A model generated the notes under the pieces. It ran no database searches. It had not been told where the DNA came from and saw nothing but the letters and a program-made list of their open reading frames with translations. Source: Marsupella aquatica (lineage: Eukaryota; Plantae; Marchantiophyta). Taken from it: a DNA stretch of 64,000 bases. The stretch's first letter is position 1, and the number at the start of each line of letters is the position of its first letter. Positions 1-14,154 of the stretch are shown here, piece by piece. Position numbers and translations under genes: made by a program. Location: positions 9,301,875-9,365,874 of the forward strand of contig OZ316891.1 in the NCBI GenBank assembly GCA_973895155.1, in the 5' to 3' direction.

Positions 1-276
1 TACGTTGCCAACATCCGATATCATTGGTGACCTAATTTTATCAATTTGCAATAAGTAGGAAGGAGCATCGTCATAGGAAAAGACTGCCTATATATATTCT
101 CTTGTGGCTTGAGAGTACATATCTTTATCCTTTCTGATCAAGTCTTGTTTTCTTCTACAAGGCTGTTGTGGTTGGTCTTAAAGCTAGACTGAAGAAAGCG
201 TTTTGTTCTTCTACCTGTGGGCAAGGATCATGTTCTCAAATTTGTTTGTTGTCATATACCACGGAACGGATTTCAG

Positions 277-3200
277 GTGATGGGTGATCGTATTGGAAAC
301 ATTCGGTGGTGGGATGTTACATCAGGTCTTTCCTCTCTTTTCAATACCCATCATGGTGGAATTCGGCGAATAAAGTTTGCTCCAGTGACGCTTGGAGATC
401 CCAGTAGAGGTCGCATTGCAGTCCTCTTCAATGACCACACTTTTGCAGTGTACGATCTTGTAAGTATACATTATTCATGCGCATGAGAGAAGTTAGTTTT
501 TTATACCAACTAGCTGACATTGTGAATATTGCTTCCTGCTTTTCAGAACAAAGTTATAGCTTCTTTGCCAGGAAGTTTTTACTTGCTAGGATAGGAACTG
601 TTCTGTGAGTTGTAGAGGTGGGAGAAAAATGCCAGTACTCATATCGTTCCGTTGGATTATCGCAATCTTTTGATCGAAAACATCGTTGAAAGACAGATGT
701 CTCAGATTTTACGCGCATTCGATGGACCTCATTGCATTATGATGACCTTTCTGGCTACAGGACACGCAGGATCCCCTAGCAAATGCTCTTGTGCAGCCAC
801 AATATGGGGGGATTTTAGTTTTGGAGCTTGACTGGTTTCCTTTAAGGGCTGATAAGCATGAACCACTACTCCTGTGTGTCGCCGGAGCAGATGGGAGTTT
901 CCGTCTTCTTGAGGTTTACAGGTATAAATCTGTTTTTTCTCTTAAAGACCCGTGTTGTGCTGGATGCTGGTCCAATTTATCTTCTTACTATACGTGAGTT
1001 GGTGTATGTAGATTACTGCTGAATCCAGACTCAGTTACTATAGGGCAGACCTCAGAATGAGACGTATTCTTGTGAACCGGGGGTTAACGTTGTAATGAAT
1101 AGTTTCTCCTTTTTGCTGTAGCAGTGTGTTCGTGCTCTTGGATGAAAAATCGACTTCGTGAATGCACATGGTAACATAAGATTTTGTTGATTATTCACAG
1201 CACCGTAAAGTCTGGGTCAGGGTCACAGAAAGTGAGGACATCTGTATGGCAACGATGTCGTCCAGTGCCGATCTGCTCTCCAGCTCTTATTCCTCCTCCG
1301 CATGCAATGGTATAAGGACATCTTCGCTAGTTATGTTTAATGTTTTCCAGCTATGATTTTTCGTTGTGTTCATGAGCCTAAATTCTAGTGCTTTTTTGAA
1401 TTTAGGAAAGGAAAATTGCCTTCCGAGGTTGATTGTGGTACTCACGAATATGGTGTTCTAGATTCGTACGAGTATCTGATGATTGACCTTGCTGACCATT
1501 ATGTGACAGGCCTTTCGAATGCTACTCCAGCTTGGTATTAAACCGTCTTGGTTTTATGTGACAAAGTCTACGTCTGCGGACACAATATTGAGCTCTAAAA
1601 ATGGTGATCTTCGAGGTTTCCTGCTGGAAACTTCTTTGCCAGGGATTGGAGAGACGGTTGCCGCGGAAGTGCTCTTGAAATCTCTGGAGCCTTATCGCAG
1701 ATCGGGTATCTGGCCTAGACTCCGAGCCACGTTGAATTTTGGTTTGAGTAGCGTCCATGAAATTTCTACTTCTAGACAGACTGCTACAGTTGGAGTGATT
1801 CATAGATGAAGAAGAGCTGTAGTTGGTGTTGGAAATTTTGATCCTGTCCTAGTACTTCGAATCTCACTCTTTGAAAGCCTTTCGTCTTTGAAATTAGACC
1901 TCGGTAAACTCTGCAACAAGCTGGTGGTTATAATCAGCAGGGAATATCCAAGCTGGTTGGGATCTTTGAGAATGTGATCGCTATATTGCTTGTTAAAAAC
2001 GAATTGAAATTAATGTTATCTGTGAAATCTCCAGGTCGATTGCTAGATTCAGAAAGAGTAAGTGCATATGCTGCAATTTGCAATCAGGGAGTAGCTGCAC
2101 GGGCTGCTTTCGCTGCGGCTCATTTTGGAGAATATGCCGAAGCAATTTTTTGGTTGCAACTACCGAAAGCCCTGGCGTTGCTGAGTGCTGGGTCTGCAGG
2201 ACCTGCCGCTTTTTGGAGTAGTGCCGATAATTGTTCATCAAAAGAGACAGCGCAAGCGGATTCTGTTCTGGACCAAAATTCCTCAAAATTGAGTAAATTG
2301 GATTTGGAAACTTCAACCAGGAAGAAAACAGAAGCCACCTCGTTTTCATCTGTGGAGACTCCACCTGACTGGTTTAAAATGGTATGTTTTCCTCGTTCCC
2401 TGACAAATAATGTATGATTACATGAAGGTTAACTATGTGAGATCTCTTTGATTGCTGAATATAGGTGCAGTCTTGGAAGTGCTGCATTTTGGATCAAGAT
2501 ATGAAATGTCCTGGAAATGAAAATTCACCTTATGGTTGTTTTATTCAATGTTTTGACCCAAGGATGAAATCTTGCAGCCTTTTCGATCTCTAGAAGTTGT
2601 TCCTTGCGAACCAACTTCTGTCTCGGCTCTCGCCCGGGAGCGCATCTCCTGGCACGAAAAGTTGACAGGGAGCGTGGCCGCTCAGAAACGAGTTCATGAG
2701 TGAGTTTCTTTCTTACTCTAACATTGAAATGAAAACTTGTTTTTCGTATCTTGTATTGGGGATTAGCTCCCGGGTGGCCTTATGTGTATCCGGCCTACCA
2801 TCTCGTGGTTCCACCTATATTAGATAGCATATTGAGATGTGGAGCTTACTTTTATGCCTTGAAATGATCTAGTTTGTAAATGCATATAATTTAGAAAACT
2901 TCAGGATATCACTTGATACAAGATGTGATATTATTTTTAGGTATGTGGCTGTTGGAGATTTCGAGGCCGCTGTAACATTGCTCCTATCAACATCTCCTGC
3001 GGAATCCACTTTCTATTTGGATGCTCTGCGAGCAGTATCGCTGGCCTCTGCTGTCTCTCCAGCATTACATGAACTTGCTGTTAAGGTATTGTGTCTTCAG
3101 AGCTTTGACTGGGTAATAGGATTACCCCATCCTTTTCTAAGTTTATCCTACAAGGTTGGGATGTTCATAATGTGGCTTACCATGGCAATACATTCTCAAT

Positions 3201-4329
3201 CTTTGATTCCAATTTGCTGGACAGGTTGTTGCGGCAAATATGCAGAGTGGAGAAGATTCCCTTGCTGGAACACATCTTCTTTGTGCTGTTGGACGATATC
3301 AAGAAGCGTGCTCACAGGCAAGTAAATGATTTCTCCAGTAGTAAACTGTTGGGGGGTCACATCTAGTGTCTCAAGTGATTACTTCATTATTGAGGAACTG
3401 AGTTTTGTCACCCTTTGCTTTAGAAGACTCATTTACAAAACTTAAAAGTTTAGAAGACTCATTGCAGTGTTTGATGGCTCTTATAAATGTAAATATGTTA
3501 CAATGCAAAGGTCTAGTCTCATGTCATGTGGATGGGCCAGCTTCAAGATGCAGGTCGCTGGGTGGATGCAAGCACTCTAGCCGCTGCGCACCTTAAGGGA
3601 GTAGATCATGGACGGTATGTTTGCATATTATTCGCCTGAAAAGTAAATACTTGCGATGGTCTTGGCAGTAGTAACTGGTCTCATCTGATATATGCTCACA
3701 GGATAAATTTACGGATGCACATCCTTCGCCAAGTTGAAGCTACTTTTGCTTTTCAGTGACCAAGGTTTCCATGACAATTTAACATCTTTTGCAGAGTGCT
3801 GGAGAGATGGGCGGAGCATGTGCTGATTTTTGAGCATAACCTCTGGCGGTAAGAGTCTTAATGAAAATTTCAGAGTTCAGATTTGGTTGATTCCTTTCAT
3901 GTCGCATCACTTTTGCCTGAAAGACAAATCAGGTTTCCAAAGGACCTTTTTGCAATGTCAATTATAAGCCTGGGATTCGTATGATGATTCCTGAAAGTTG
4001 TGGCTTGCAGGGCCATGATTCTCTATGTTGGAGCTGGTGCCCTCACGGAAGCTCTTGCTGCCTTACGAAGTGCACAGCTTCCTGAAACCTCGGCCCTATT
4101 TTTGCTTGCCTGTCATGAAGCAAAAGGCATTGCTCTTGCTTCTCGAGCTCAAGCAGCTGGAGGAGAGGAGACATCAAAGGGCAACGGAGGAACAGAGGGG
4201 TGGACGTTGGACCTCCCGGGGGCCTTGAATACCCAAACAGAAGGAGTTCTAGCGGTTTGCGAGTATTTTGGGCAGTATCAACGTATGCTGGCGCATACTG
4301 TCACAGGCATACAACCTGTCCATGATTAA
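277..4329 (+). CDS. WDR11: WD repeat-containing protein 11-like, 3' part (gene continues upstream of the window)
   Basis: Exons joined in frame: 277-459, 761-921, 1201-1309, 1510-1705, 2035-2381, 2563(or 2578)-2699, 2941-3085, 3225-3317, 3541-3614, 3795-3848, 4011-4329 (TAA). Motifs VMGDRIGNIRWWDV..GIRRIKFAP, LVLELDW..LLCVAGADGSFRLLE, HLLCAVGRYQEACSQLQDAGRW and VCEYFGQYQR match my recollection of plant WDR11. Confidence 0.88.
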
Positions 4330-5588
4330 GTTGGCAGTGCCATCTAATCCTGAGATTCGCTTCATTCATTCATTTTGTTGATATTCTTGTGTGGCCGTTG
4401 ATGCTATGCAAGGCAAATACGGGCTGCTCAAACAGTTTTGCACTGTAGAGGAGATGTTACCGATTGCAGCAATCTTTGTCCTAATTAGGCTTTCCATGCA
4501 GAGGTCATAATTGTCGATGGTTGCGCTGCAAATCTGCAGATATGAGTGTCAAGTTAACGATGAGCCCTTTTCCCTTTGTACAGTATTATTCTTTCTTTCC
4601 ATAGTTTATTCCACGAAGTTGCTGCCATACAAGAATGTGAAAGCTCCCATTCACATAGCTTTACAACTTGTAGTTTGATCGATACAATAGTGCATTTGTT
4701 GCTGTAGATTATTCAACATTGGTTTTACTGATTAATGGGTCGTTCCTTGTAGACATAAATTTCCGGCCCCAGGTTTGAACCTGGGTGCAGGGATGATGAG
4801 TTCATGAAAACGAGGTTACTGTTCTTCCTGCCTCTCAGTTTAGGCAGAAAATACGGATGAGTCCGCCTGTCCTTGTGGTTTGTGTTTTAAACATGCATTC
4901 TTCCTCCACCTTCGGACCTTGCAGGGATTGGGTATCTTGTGAAGTATGAATGGCAAGCTTTGTTCACTGAAGCTATTGTCGGCATACCGAAAACGAGACT
5001 TGGAAAATTGAAGAAAGTATTGGAAATCATTGCAATCAGAGTCCAACAACCAATAAGTACTAAATGACAAGTGTAAGAGCATCTTGACCATGTCTGGTAG
5101 AAGTCTTCCTGGGAGAAAGCTTAAAATACTTATAAATTTTAGAAACCATATGTATTGGCTTGAGTGAAAACGTTGTGAATGGCATTATTTTTAAGGTGCC
5201 AAGTGTGAAGCAGAGGAAAGAATACTCTCCCAAATCATTGCCTATTTCTTTCTGGATTATCAAGTGAAATGAGTGGTGGCACTTGATGCAAGTTTGTCAG
5301 GGTATTCTACTCCAGTTGGCCGTAAATTGGGGTACTGTTTCTAAATTCGATTTCAAACTGGTAGATTAAATTTTCGGTAAATATTTGTTCGTTAGCCAAA
5401 TAAATGCTTTGGTGTTGAGCTTGTCACATAACAGCTAACAAGAAAAAGGAATTCGAGCCCTGCAAACGTTTCTAGGCGTTAGGAAGACGAAAATCTCATG
5501 AACGATCAGATTAATTTAATTAAAGTACGAACAAATAATTTGGATGCGAGATGTTTTGAAGGACTAATTTTTAGGTTCCATGAGAACA

Positions 5589-5688
5589 CATTGACTCAAT
5601 TCTTCTCACAACCTTTCAGCCTCCCCTAGTCTATGGTCATATTGACTCAATTCTCCTCACAAACTTTCAGCCTCCCCTAGTCTATGGT
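5589..5688. repeat. Tandem duplication of a ~50 bp unit
   Basis: cattgactcaattcttctcacaacctttcagcctcccctagtctatggt occurs twice head to tail with few mismatches. Confidence 0.9.
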
Positions 5689-8600
5689 TTTCTTAAGAAT
5701 CATGCAGGTACACGTGCATAGAAATTTGGTATACACGGGAGTGTGTATTTTTAGTGGTCCCAAATCAGAAGTGATGAATGTTGCTGACAGGTTTCATATT
5801 AATTTGCACCTATAAAGTGGATTCCCAGCTACTCGACCATTGTACTCTCCAAAATAGATCTAGTTGTAATGGAAAATTTGAGCCCATAAAATCATTGAAA
5901 CAATTTTTAACAACACCTGAAATATCGTACTATAGTTTAAAAGTGTGCTTGCATAAATTCATAAATAATTGGAAAAAGTTGAAGGTCCTTTGTTACCCCC
6001 TTGAATTCCAAAACTATCCTTGGCATTTGAGCTGGTCCAATTCCATGGGTGTCCCCTTGTTCCTTAACAATGTGGGAAATTGGATCAGATATATGGTCGA
6101 TCTCATAGGGGAAATTATATTATGCAGTCTTTAGTCATTCCCAAGAGGTAGCGCGAATATCTAGTCAACTAGTCTTCCCTTCATGATATGTGGCTACTAC
6201 ATTTAACCCTTTCCAGCCATTTTCAAATTGTGACTTTCTTGAGCTCCCATCTGAGCCATTAGATTTTAGAGAATATTTTACCCACTGATTCTCTAATGAG
6301 GCCAGTGATACACTAAAATACTAAAAATTCCTTTTTACAATTTGCAAACCTCCCTTCCCTGCTGAAAGAAAATTTCAGTGTGGAAGCTTGGGGGGTGTGT
6401 TTTTCTTGTTGTATTTTCCAGATGCAATCTGCTAACCCACCTTCTTGGCTAAACCTTTTCACTGTGTGGGCCTGGGGGGTTACCTAAGTGTATTTTGGCA
6501 GATACCAGATGAACAAGTAACATTTTTGAGTGGTCTTTGTGGGTTGCAGTGATCCATGGGACCTTCACATTCAAAAGCTTCCTGTTGCACAAAGTAAGGT
6601 TTTGTGCATAGTTTCCCTCTCATCCTATCAAAACTAAGAATCTGTTCATGGGGAGGTTGTTCTGGGGACCATTCTGGCCTAAGGTCTTCCTAGTTTTCTT
6701 GGGAAAGTTTCAGCCCACCAAAGCAAGTTCAAGTGAATTTTCTGGCAAGGATAATAGCTACATGTAAGGATGCAATAGAGCAGTATGTCGATTCCCATAG
6801 TGGATTAGCAATGCAGAAAAGTTGGCCGTCGTGGCTTTGACATATTGTTATGGACCACTGTCTTTACTCTCAACTACAGTATGCAGAATTGGTTCATTGC
6901 TACAGCCCCACCACTCCCTTTTTTCACTGCCTTGACTTACAGCCATTTCATGGGGGATCCTTGTTTGAAGGGAAGACAAGTAACTAGTCCTAGCAGTGGG
7001 TAACATGGTCAACTCATGCTTGCATGCATGATGAAATAAAAACTACTATTACCAAATTCCTTATTTGAAAGTCATCCTGTAGCCCATGTCCTACATTTCA
7101 GTATGCCCTCGATATTGATGAGTTTTTGCGTGTACACCTTCAACTGTGTTACATGCAGCATACATTTTTAATTGCAATCATGGGCTTGCTACATGACCTA
7201 AGAAACCCCATGCAAATAATTACTGTACTATAATTACTCTAGTTGTATGAATATGTCGTATTGTCCCTGTTTAAGGACGAAGAGGCCTTAACAATTTTGG
7301 CTTGCTCTTTTCCGAATCAAGAAATTGATCTAGAGGGTCAGACAAAATGGGAAAATCTAAGAGCATAGTAGTAGGAAGATAATTGGTTTTGGCCATGGAC
7401 CTACGAGGGGGTATTCAATCATGGGCCATGAAGGGAGATAGATGTACTACCTAAATGACATGGAATGTGTGCAGAGGCTTCCACCTGGGGAGTCAACTGC
7501 AAAGGAGAGTCAACTGCAAAATCACTTGAAACCAAGTTCAATCCAAAATAGGCATTTTCACGTAATTTAATCCAAAGTTTAATGGAGCTTTTGAAGTAAA
7601 ATTAATGCTTATAACACAAAATTGAAAACATTCTTTATTTCATACCTTTTACAGAGGAAATAGGTCTTTGAACATTCAAAATATAGATTGATATATTCGT
7701 ATCTGACTAGGTCATGATGTACTTAGAATTGCACTTTTTTAGTTGTATTAACGTTTACTTTTTTGTGTGTCAAATGTGCTTGGTCCATAAGAGTCCTAAG
7801 GTCAAATGTTGTGGCCCATCCAAGCATCTTCGGGACAAAACCCATCAAAATTTTCTCAGACTAATTCATAGTGCACATGAGCAAGCATCAACACTGTAAT
7901 TTCATCCACTCGTGACTAGGAAAGAAGGAACAGTGTAAGCAGGATTCTCCAAGAGTGCCCTTAAAAGGTGTGGAAATTTCCTTGAAAAGATGTGGAATTT
8001 CAAATCACCCTTTTAAAAAACAAAAGGAATATCTTACCCTAATTCTGAGATGAACTTACCTAAGGTTGAAATACAGTAGAATTAAACCTCTGTCCTCGTT
8101 CAGTTCCTGTCTCCCCCCGCCATGCCATTTGGTTAAGCTCACTCATATTGTCAACCATGTGAGTTACTTTAATTTGTGTAGAGCAACAGGGGTGTAAGGG
8201 CATTTTACTCATTGAGCTTGAAATGAGGGCAAACAATTGATTTTCCCACTTTTTCAAGAGCAGGTCGAGGAAAGCCTCTAAATACAAAGGCTGGACCCAA
8301 ATCCCAAGTACGGTAGTGTCATCCAGGTTTGCACAATAAATAAAAGATTATAAAAAATTTATGCCTGAATAACAAACTATTTGGGGGTCCTTGTGAAACC
8401 TCCAAATAATTTTTGTCATGTAAGTTTCAAGAATATTCTAAGTGCCCTAAAGTAAACAATAACTTTTCACAGTACATATTCTTTATAGAATGAAAAAACA
8501 AAAACAGGAGAATAATCCTATGGTCTTGCCTTATTTTCTGAAACGCCAGTTCAGTATTGCGATGGGGCCTAAAATGCACCCAAAACATATTGTCAACAAG

Positions 8601-10396
8601 TATGGTAAAATAGTATAGACTCTACTGTAGATGATAATTGAGTCTATTGTGACCACATAACTTTCAGACAACGAAGATCTTTGGCACAGGTCCTTCTCAA
8701 ACAACCTGGGGCACTAGTGTAAAACAACAATCAGTGCACAGTCACGTTCGTTATGGCAATCTTATCAACTGAATTCTCCACAGATTTGATTGACAAGGGC
8801 CTTCATCATCAAACGGCACCCTCCCCCTTCCCCTTCAACTAACTAACTAACTCGACCCTCACTCATTTTTATTCAACATTAACTCAATCACACCCTCAAT
8901 GATATGCATTTTAGTGCCAAATCATGCTTCTTCTCTGATTGGCTCGAGATGGGCTGTCCTCCAAAGTATATTGAACGTATGTATCTGTAATGTAAGTATA
9001 GATACATCACTATACATGAATATGAGTACGTGGGAAAGTACATAAATACGTATATGTAATTATGCACGTATCAGGTCTCTCTCAGTTTGTCCAACTTTGT
9101 CAATGAACAATACATTCAACCCAAAAACAGAATGATACCGTTCGAAATGCCTCAACGGTAATTAGGCAATCATTTTTCGTTCTAAGGCCGTGTGTAATGG
9201 GTTTTATTAATGGACTGCAGTGTACAAATTAATGGAGACGATCGTTGCTTCAGAGAAAAAGGTAAAGCACGACGGTGTTGTGCGTTTTCTGGGGGACACG
9301 ACAACAATGCTGAAAGGTGTGTTTCAATAGAAACTTGTTCCTTCTTTTTGTCCATAGAAAGTTGATGAGACAGAATACGGTTAAACGGTTGTTGGGAGCA
9401 TTTTTTGGGGGGCAAAAACTACAGTAGCTAGATTCGACCTCTCTCGAAAGTCTTGGCCACTTTAGGTAAAAAATCTCATAGTGCTTTCTGTCTTCCATTA
9501 GCCATTTTTGCACCTAGTCGTAGTCCTGATTAGCCATAGTGTTTTCTGTCTTCCATTATCCATTTTCTCAGCTAGTCATAGTCCTCATTAGCTAGAATCA
9601 AATGGTTATGTTTATATCTAAGGAGATATGCAGTCAGAAACTAAAGTAAATAAAGAACATAAAGTGACATTCACCAGCAAAAAAGAAAACAGATAAACTG
9701 TAAAAATTAGGCTCGTTGTTGGGGATGGGGGGGTCCAATTTCATGGAAAGTACTGTTCTATTAAGGTCCTTATTATATGCACCGTATCTGACAAGCATGT
9801 GAATTAATGTTGTCTGATGTACTATGATCATTTGGAACCAATTGGGCAAATCAATGCTTGACGAGACTACAAATGACCTCATTTCTCACTTAAATGCTTT
9901 AGATATTTTTAATTTGTCAACGCCCATATGGTCCCCCAACGGGCCGAGCAGGGATAACACCTAAGTCAAAAGCAAGTAATTGGCATAGAGCCTTACCAAC
10001 CAATTTTTTAAAGGAATTTTCCCGGCAACCAAAGTGAGGAACTCTCTTTCAGGATGGGTGGCAATCTCTCCCCCACCCAAGGTCTGTTTTTTGGCACGCA
10101 AGAGTTCTCGTTGATAAAGACAAAGTGACCACACGTAAAAGTCATGCTGGATAACTTTGCATTCAATGTGTTAGGCACCACAGACGCATGTAAAACTTGT
10201 AAAACTTATATAGAAATATAATCCTGGTTTTTTTTTCCAGCATACAAGCCAGTTTGGCTTCCTCAAAGGCTGTTTTGTTTTGGAAAAACACACAAAAGTT
10301 CTTTTGTAGAGTTTGTGTAACTGTCCTCCCAGTTTAAATTTATTGCACTTTCTATCAGCATGAAGATTGAAACGCTCAACTCAATAAAGTGGAAAA

Positions 10397-11700
10397 TGTT
10401 AGACCCTACCTAGTGACTAGACCAACACAACTGTTGACTGGATCACCCAGTCACCCAACACACCTATATGTATCCTATCATTCTACATTCTATAAACGGT
10501 GATCATTCATTCTTTCATTACACGTTATCAGCACGAGCCACTCCGAGGCTGAGCAAGGAGGCCATTAATTTTTTTTCGAAGGGCTATGGCGATTGCAAGA
10601 AACAGGGATCGAGAATCAAACATGAACCCTCTGATAGAAGAGAAGCAAAAACGCCTCGACAAGTGCAATTGAATCTGAAACACAAACCGGACCAGGCCCG
10701 ATCCCCATAGCGTAGAAGGAGACATTCGAGGGGAGAAAGTAAATTGATAAGGACCAAGCCCGATTGCCTAAAACGGAAGCAATAGATCAACAAGGCAGCG
10801 AGAGAAGAAAGAACTTAAGAAAGGATACTTTACGAGAGAAAATGCCAGGGCAAAATTGAAAGCCTGGACCAAGAAAGGAACTGACAGCAAGTGGAGATGA
10901 GCCGCACCGGTTGGAATCACAGGAAAGAATAAGCAAGGACAGAAGGACATTGAACCCCCGACAAGGAAGAAGAACGCAAGAGCGTGAGGTTCATTCAAAG
11001 AATGTAGTCTGTGACCTATCGGCGCTGTGCCCCTCCACTCACATTTGAATCCATGAACCAATTTGGAGAGAGGACGAGAGATTGACTCCCAATCACCACT
11101 TACTGATTTCCCAAAAGACAATCGGTAACCTCATGTGAACCTTGAAAGGGAGCGAAACAAAGTAGCAAGACAGAACTCGAATTGAAGGAAGACAAGATTT
11201 TGAGGGACAGCATAAGATCAAAGGAAGAAACTGTCGAATCAAGGAGAACAGTAAGCTCAAAAGGGTTACAAATTGAACCACTGCAGAGATTAAAGAAAAA
11301 CAAAGAAAATCTTTCCCAAAGAGAAAAGCAGAAGGCCGATTAAAATCCGAAGACACAAGTGACGACCTCGGGATTGATCCAGCCAACTGGAAGGAAGAAC
11401 CATTGAGACCAAGAACTGGAGACAAACCTGAAGGAGAAACAAATCTGATCAAAGGAGCTCGGGTGCAGGACGGCACATCAACAAATCCCGTAACAAACAA
11501 CGTCAAAACATCGAGGAAACCTCGAAAACACTCGCTAAGTGCATAACCCTCCCTAATTGCAAAATCCGTCAAAGAAATTTCATTCTTCCATTACTAGAAA
11601 ACTCAATGAATTCCCAGAAGGTTGTGAGGCATCTCTAGAGTTCACTCTTCCAAAGTGGACACTCCATAGGTGCAAATCCTTTCCTTACTGCAAGGGTGAC
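10397..11700 (+). mobile_element. Truncated Ty1/copia element, probably Bianca lineage: short 5' LTR, PBS and leader
   Basis: TGTTAGA.. at 10397, TATA-like tctataaa near 10490, LTR ending ..CATTA at 10520, directly followed by CACGTTATCAGCACGAG (10521-10537), the PBS I associate with Bianca-type copia elements. A purine-rich leader follows. No gag/pol or second LTR seen; right boundary approximate. Confidence 0.55.
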
Positions 11701-12195
11701 CGTTTCCTTTTTACTCCCAACCAATTTGCAGTTTCTGCAGTTTCTTTAATTGCACAGAGGGCTTCACTACGCGGAAAATATGTAAGTGAAAAACCTTTAC
11801 AGAGAAGTGTACGCTTATGGGTATGTGGACCTCTTATCAATATATGTATACCTTTTTATGTAGAGTTAATGCACAATCCAGGACATGTCGAGTCAATGTT
11901 TAAACCACCACTAGCCATGAGAAAAACCTGGTTACATCAGGTTTCATCATAAAAAAGTATCCATTCCTGAATTTGTGAAGCAATACGGAACAGGAGTTGA
12001 GAAAAATGAGAGGAAAGTTTAGGGTTTAGGGACACTTCTCCCTTTTATATGTCTAGTGGTGGTTTAAGGGAAGGTATGAGATGATAACTTTTCTCAAATG
12101 TGACAAGGTAAATATGGAAGAGGAATGACTGAGGGGCTGATTTTGATTCTCTTTAGTGGAGAGAATCATCATCATCATCTTATGTATAAAGTGTC

Positions 12196-12581
12196 AACTA
12201 CAAGCTAGAGTTGGGGCCTAGGCTTCTAAAAAGAAGTCTCTAGACCATAACTCCATGGCTCATCATGTGGATGGGAAAACTCATGAGTATGATGTATGTC
12301 AAATGATAATCATGCATGCTTTTATCATAATTTCTATTTACATTAAAAAAATGTACTCTATGGCCCCACCATAACATATAATCTTACTTATAAAGCATAA
12401 CTACAAGCTAGAGTTGGGGCCTAGGCTTCTAGAGTGAAACATCTAGGCCGTAACTCCATGGCTCATCATGTGGATGGGAAAACTCATGAGTTTGATGTAT
12501 GTCAAATGATAATCATGCATGCTTTTAATCATAATTTCTATTTACATTAAAAATATGTACTCTATGGCCCCACCATAACAT
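12196..12581. repeat. Tandem duplication, ~203 bp period
   Basis: aactacaagctagagttggggcctaggcttcta...ctatggccccaccataacat starts at 12196 and again at 12399, highly similar. Confidence 0.92.
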
Positions 12582-13619
12582 TGTGCATAGAAAGAGAGAT
12601 GTGCATAGAAAAGAGTATGGTATGTTACGTATGATTATTAAAATGATGACATAAATGATGGGTTTTTTATCATTTCACTAACCTTCAAAGAATGTGAATA
12701 AGAAATATATTTTGGTGACATTTTTATTGTCCTCCCCACTATTCACGTTCAAAGAATAGCTACTGAACGAGTAGTTGGGCTAGTGTTACTATTCTATAAG
12801 TTCAAAGTCTGAAAATGTGCACTTATCACATAATACAAACCTCTTGTAGTGCATAGCCCCAGCTTCTTACCAGTAGTGTGTACTTAAGAAGGATAGACTG
12901 TACATTGAAGAAAAATAATGATTAATTAGAGAAATAAAAAGTTGTATATAAGGAAGTTTCAAGAATTAACTCCGAAAGAGTTCTAGTGAATTACGTCCAA
13001 CCAATTATGCACTTGCTAGATGCATCCACTCTAACAAATCAATCCGTGGACCCCCATGTTCATCCAAGGAATGTTTGTGTGATTAAGTGAAATCAATTTT
13101 CATCAAGGCGGTAACCAACGGTTTTGAGTCTCCCGATGGTGTTGATGTGTGCTCGTACAAAAACAAATGCTCAAAAGATAGAGATTAATCAAACGGAAGG
13201 TTGAATGTGGAGGAATTGAGTTTTCTTATAGGTTTTGCTTACACATTGGAGAAATAATCTTTCAACCATTCTTGATTGATTGTTTGTGAGTTACATTGAG
13301 CATTACCGCCACAAGACAGACTAGAGCACAACACTCAGCTGTTGGCAAAAGAGCGCTTGTCAATTTGGTGGGAAGAATGTTCACACAAAACGAACGAGCC
13401 GTCACTTTCAAACAAAGCATTTGTAGTTATTTTTATTTAAGAAAGCTATGGTGTGAGGGGAAGACCAACAATTATTTCTTTGACATAGAGGTTGCATTTG
13501 GCGTCAACCTGTGTTCAGAGTGAGCTTTAGTTGAAGACTATCTAAGAGATGCGAACAATTCAAGCCGGGAAGCAAACATTGTGGACAAGCGATGGTGACG
13601 TAATCAAAGAAATCAATTT

Positions 13620-14154
13620 GTAATGGCTAAGTTTGTGATGGTGACGAGATTGTGATATCTCTTAATCGAGAAAGGGTTTCCAATGAGCCTCAAATTGACA
13701 AATTTTGTCAAATTCCATATGAGTTTTTGAATATCCTTGCCTTTCCAATGAGTGTTAGCATAAGAAATTTTGATTATGAATTCATGAATTCTTTTAGCTT
13801 TTTAACATTGAGTTTGACATTTACAAATTTTATGTCAGATTTTGTCACGGTGCTCAAGAGATCAGGAGGTTTTCAATCTTTTTAGCTTTCTAATGTGTGA
13901 CATTGAGATTATTTGTCAAGAAATAGAGAGATCATGAGTATCTAAATTTCTCTAGCTTTCCAATGAACCTAACATCGATAGATTTTGTCAAGTACTAAGG
14001 AGATGATGAGTTTTTAATTTTACTCTAGCTTTCCAATGAGTGACATTGAGAGATTTTATCAAGACATTACTAAAGATATCACGAGTTTCTAAATCTTGAT
14101 CTTGAATTTTCCAATGAATCAAACATTGGAAAATTTTATCAAGTACTAAGAAGA
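13620..14154. repeat. Degenerate minisatellite, ~70 bp unit
   Basis: Recurrent ctttccaatga..acattga..gattttgtcaag at about 13677, 13742, 13887, 13957, 14029 and 14108. Confidence 0.75.

Noticed and set aside
4760-4800. tRNA T-arm-like hairpin ccaggttcaaacctgg on the minus strand
   Set aside because: No D arm, anticodon arm or matching acceptor stem; at most a SINE or tRNA fragment.
5778-8300. Possible transposase or RT fragments
   Set aside because: No diagnostic motif recognised by eye; left unassigned pending BLASTx.
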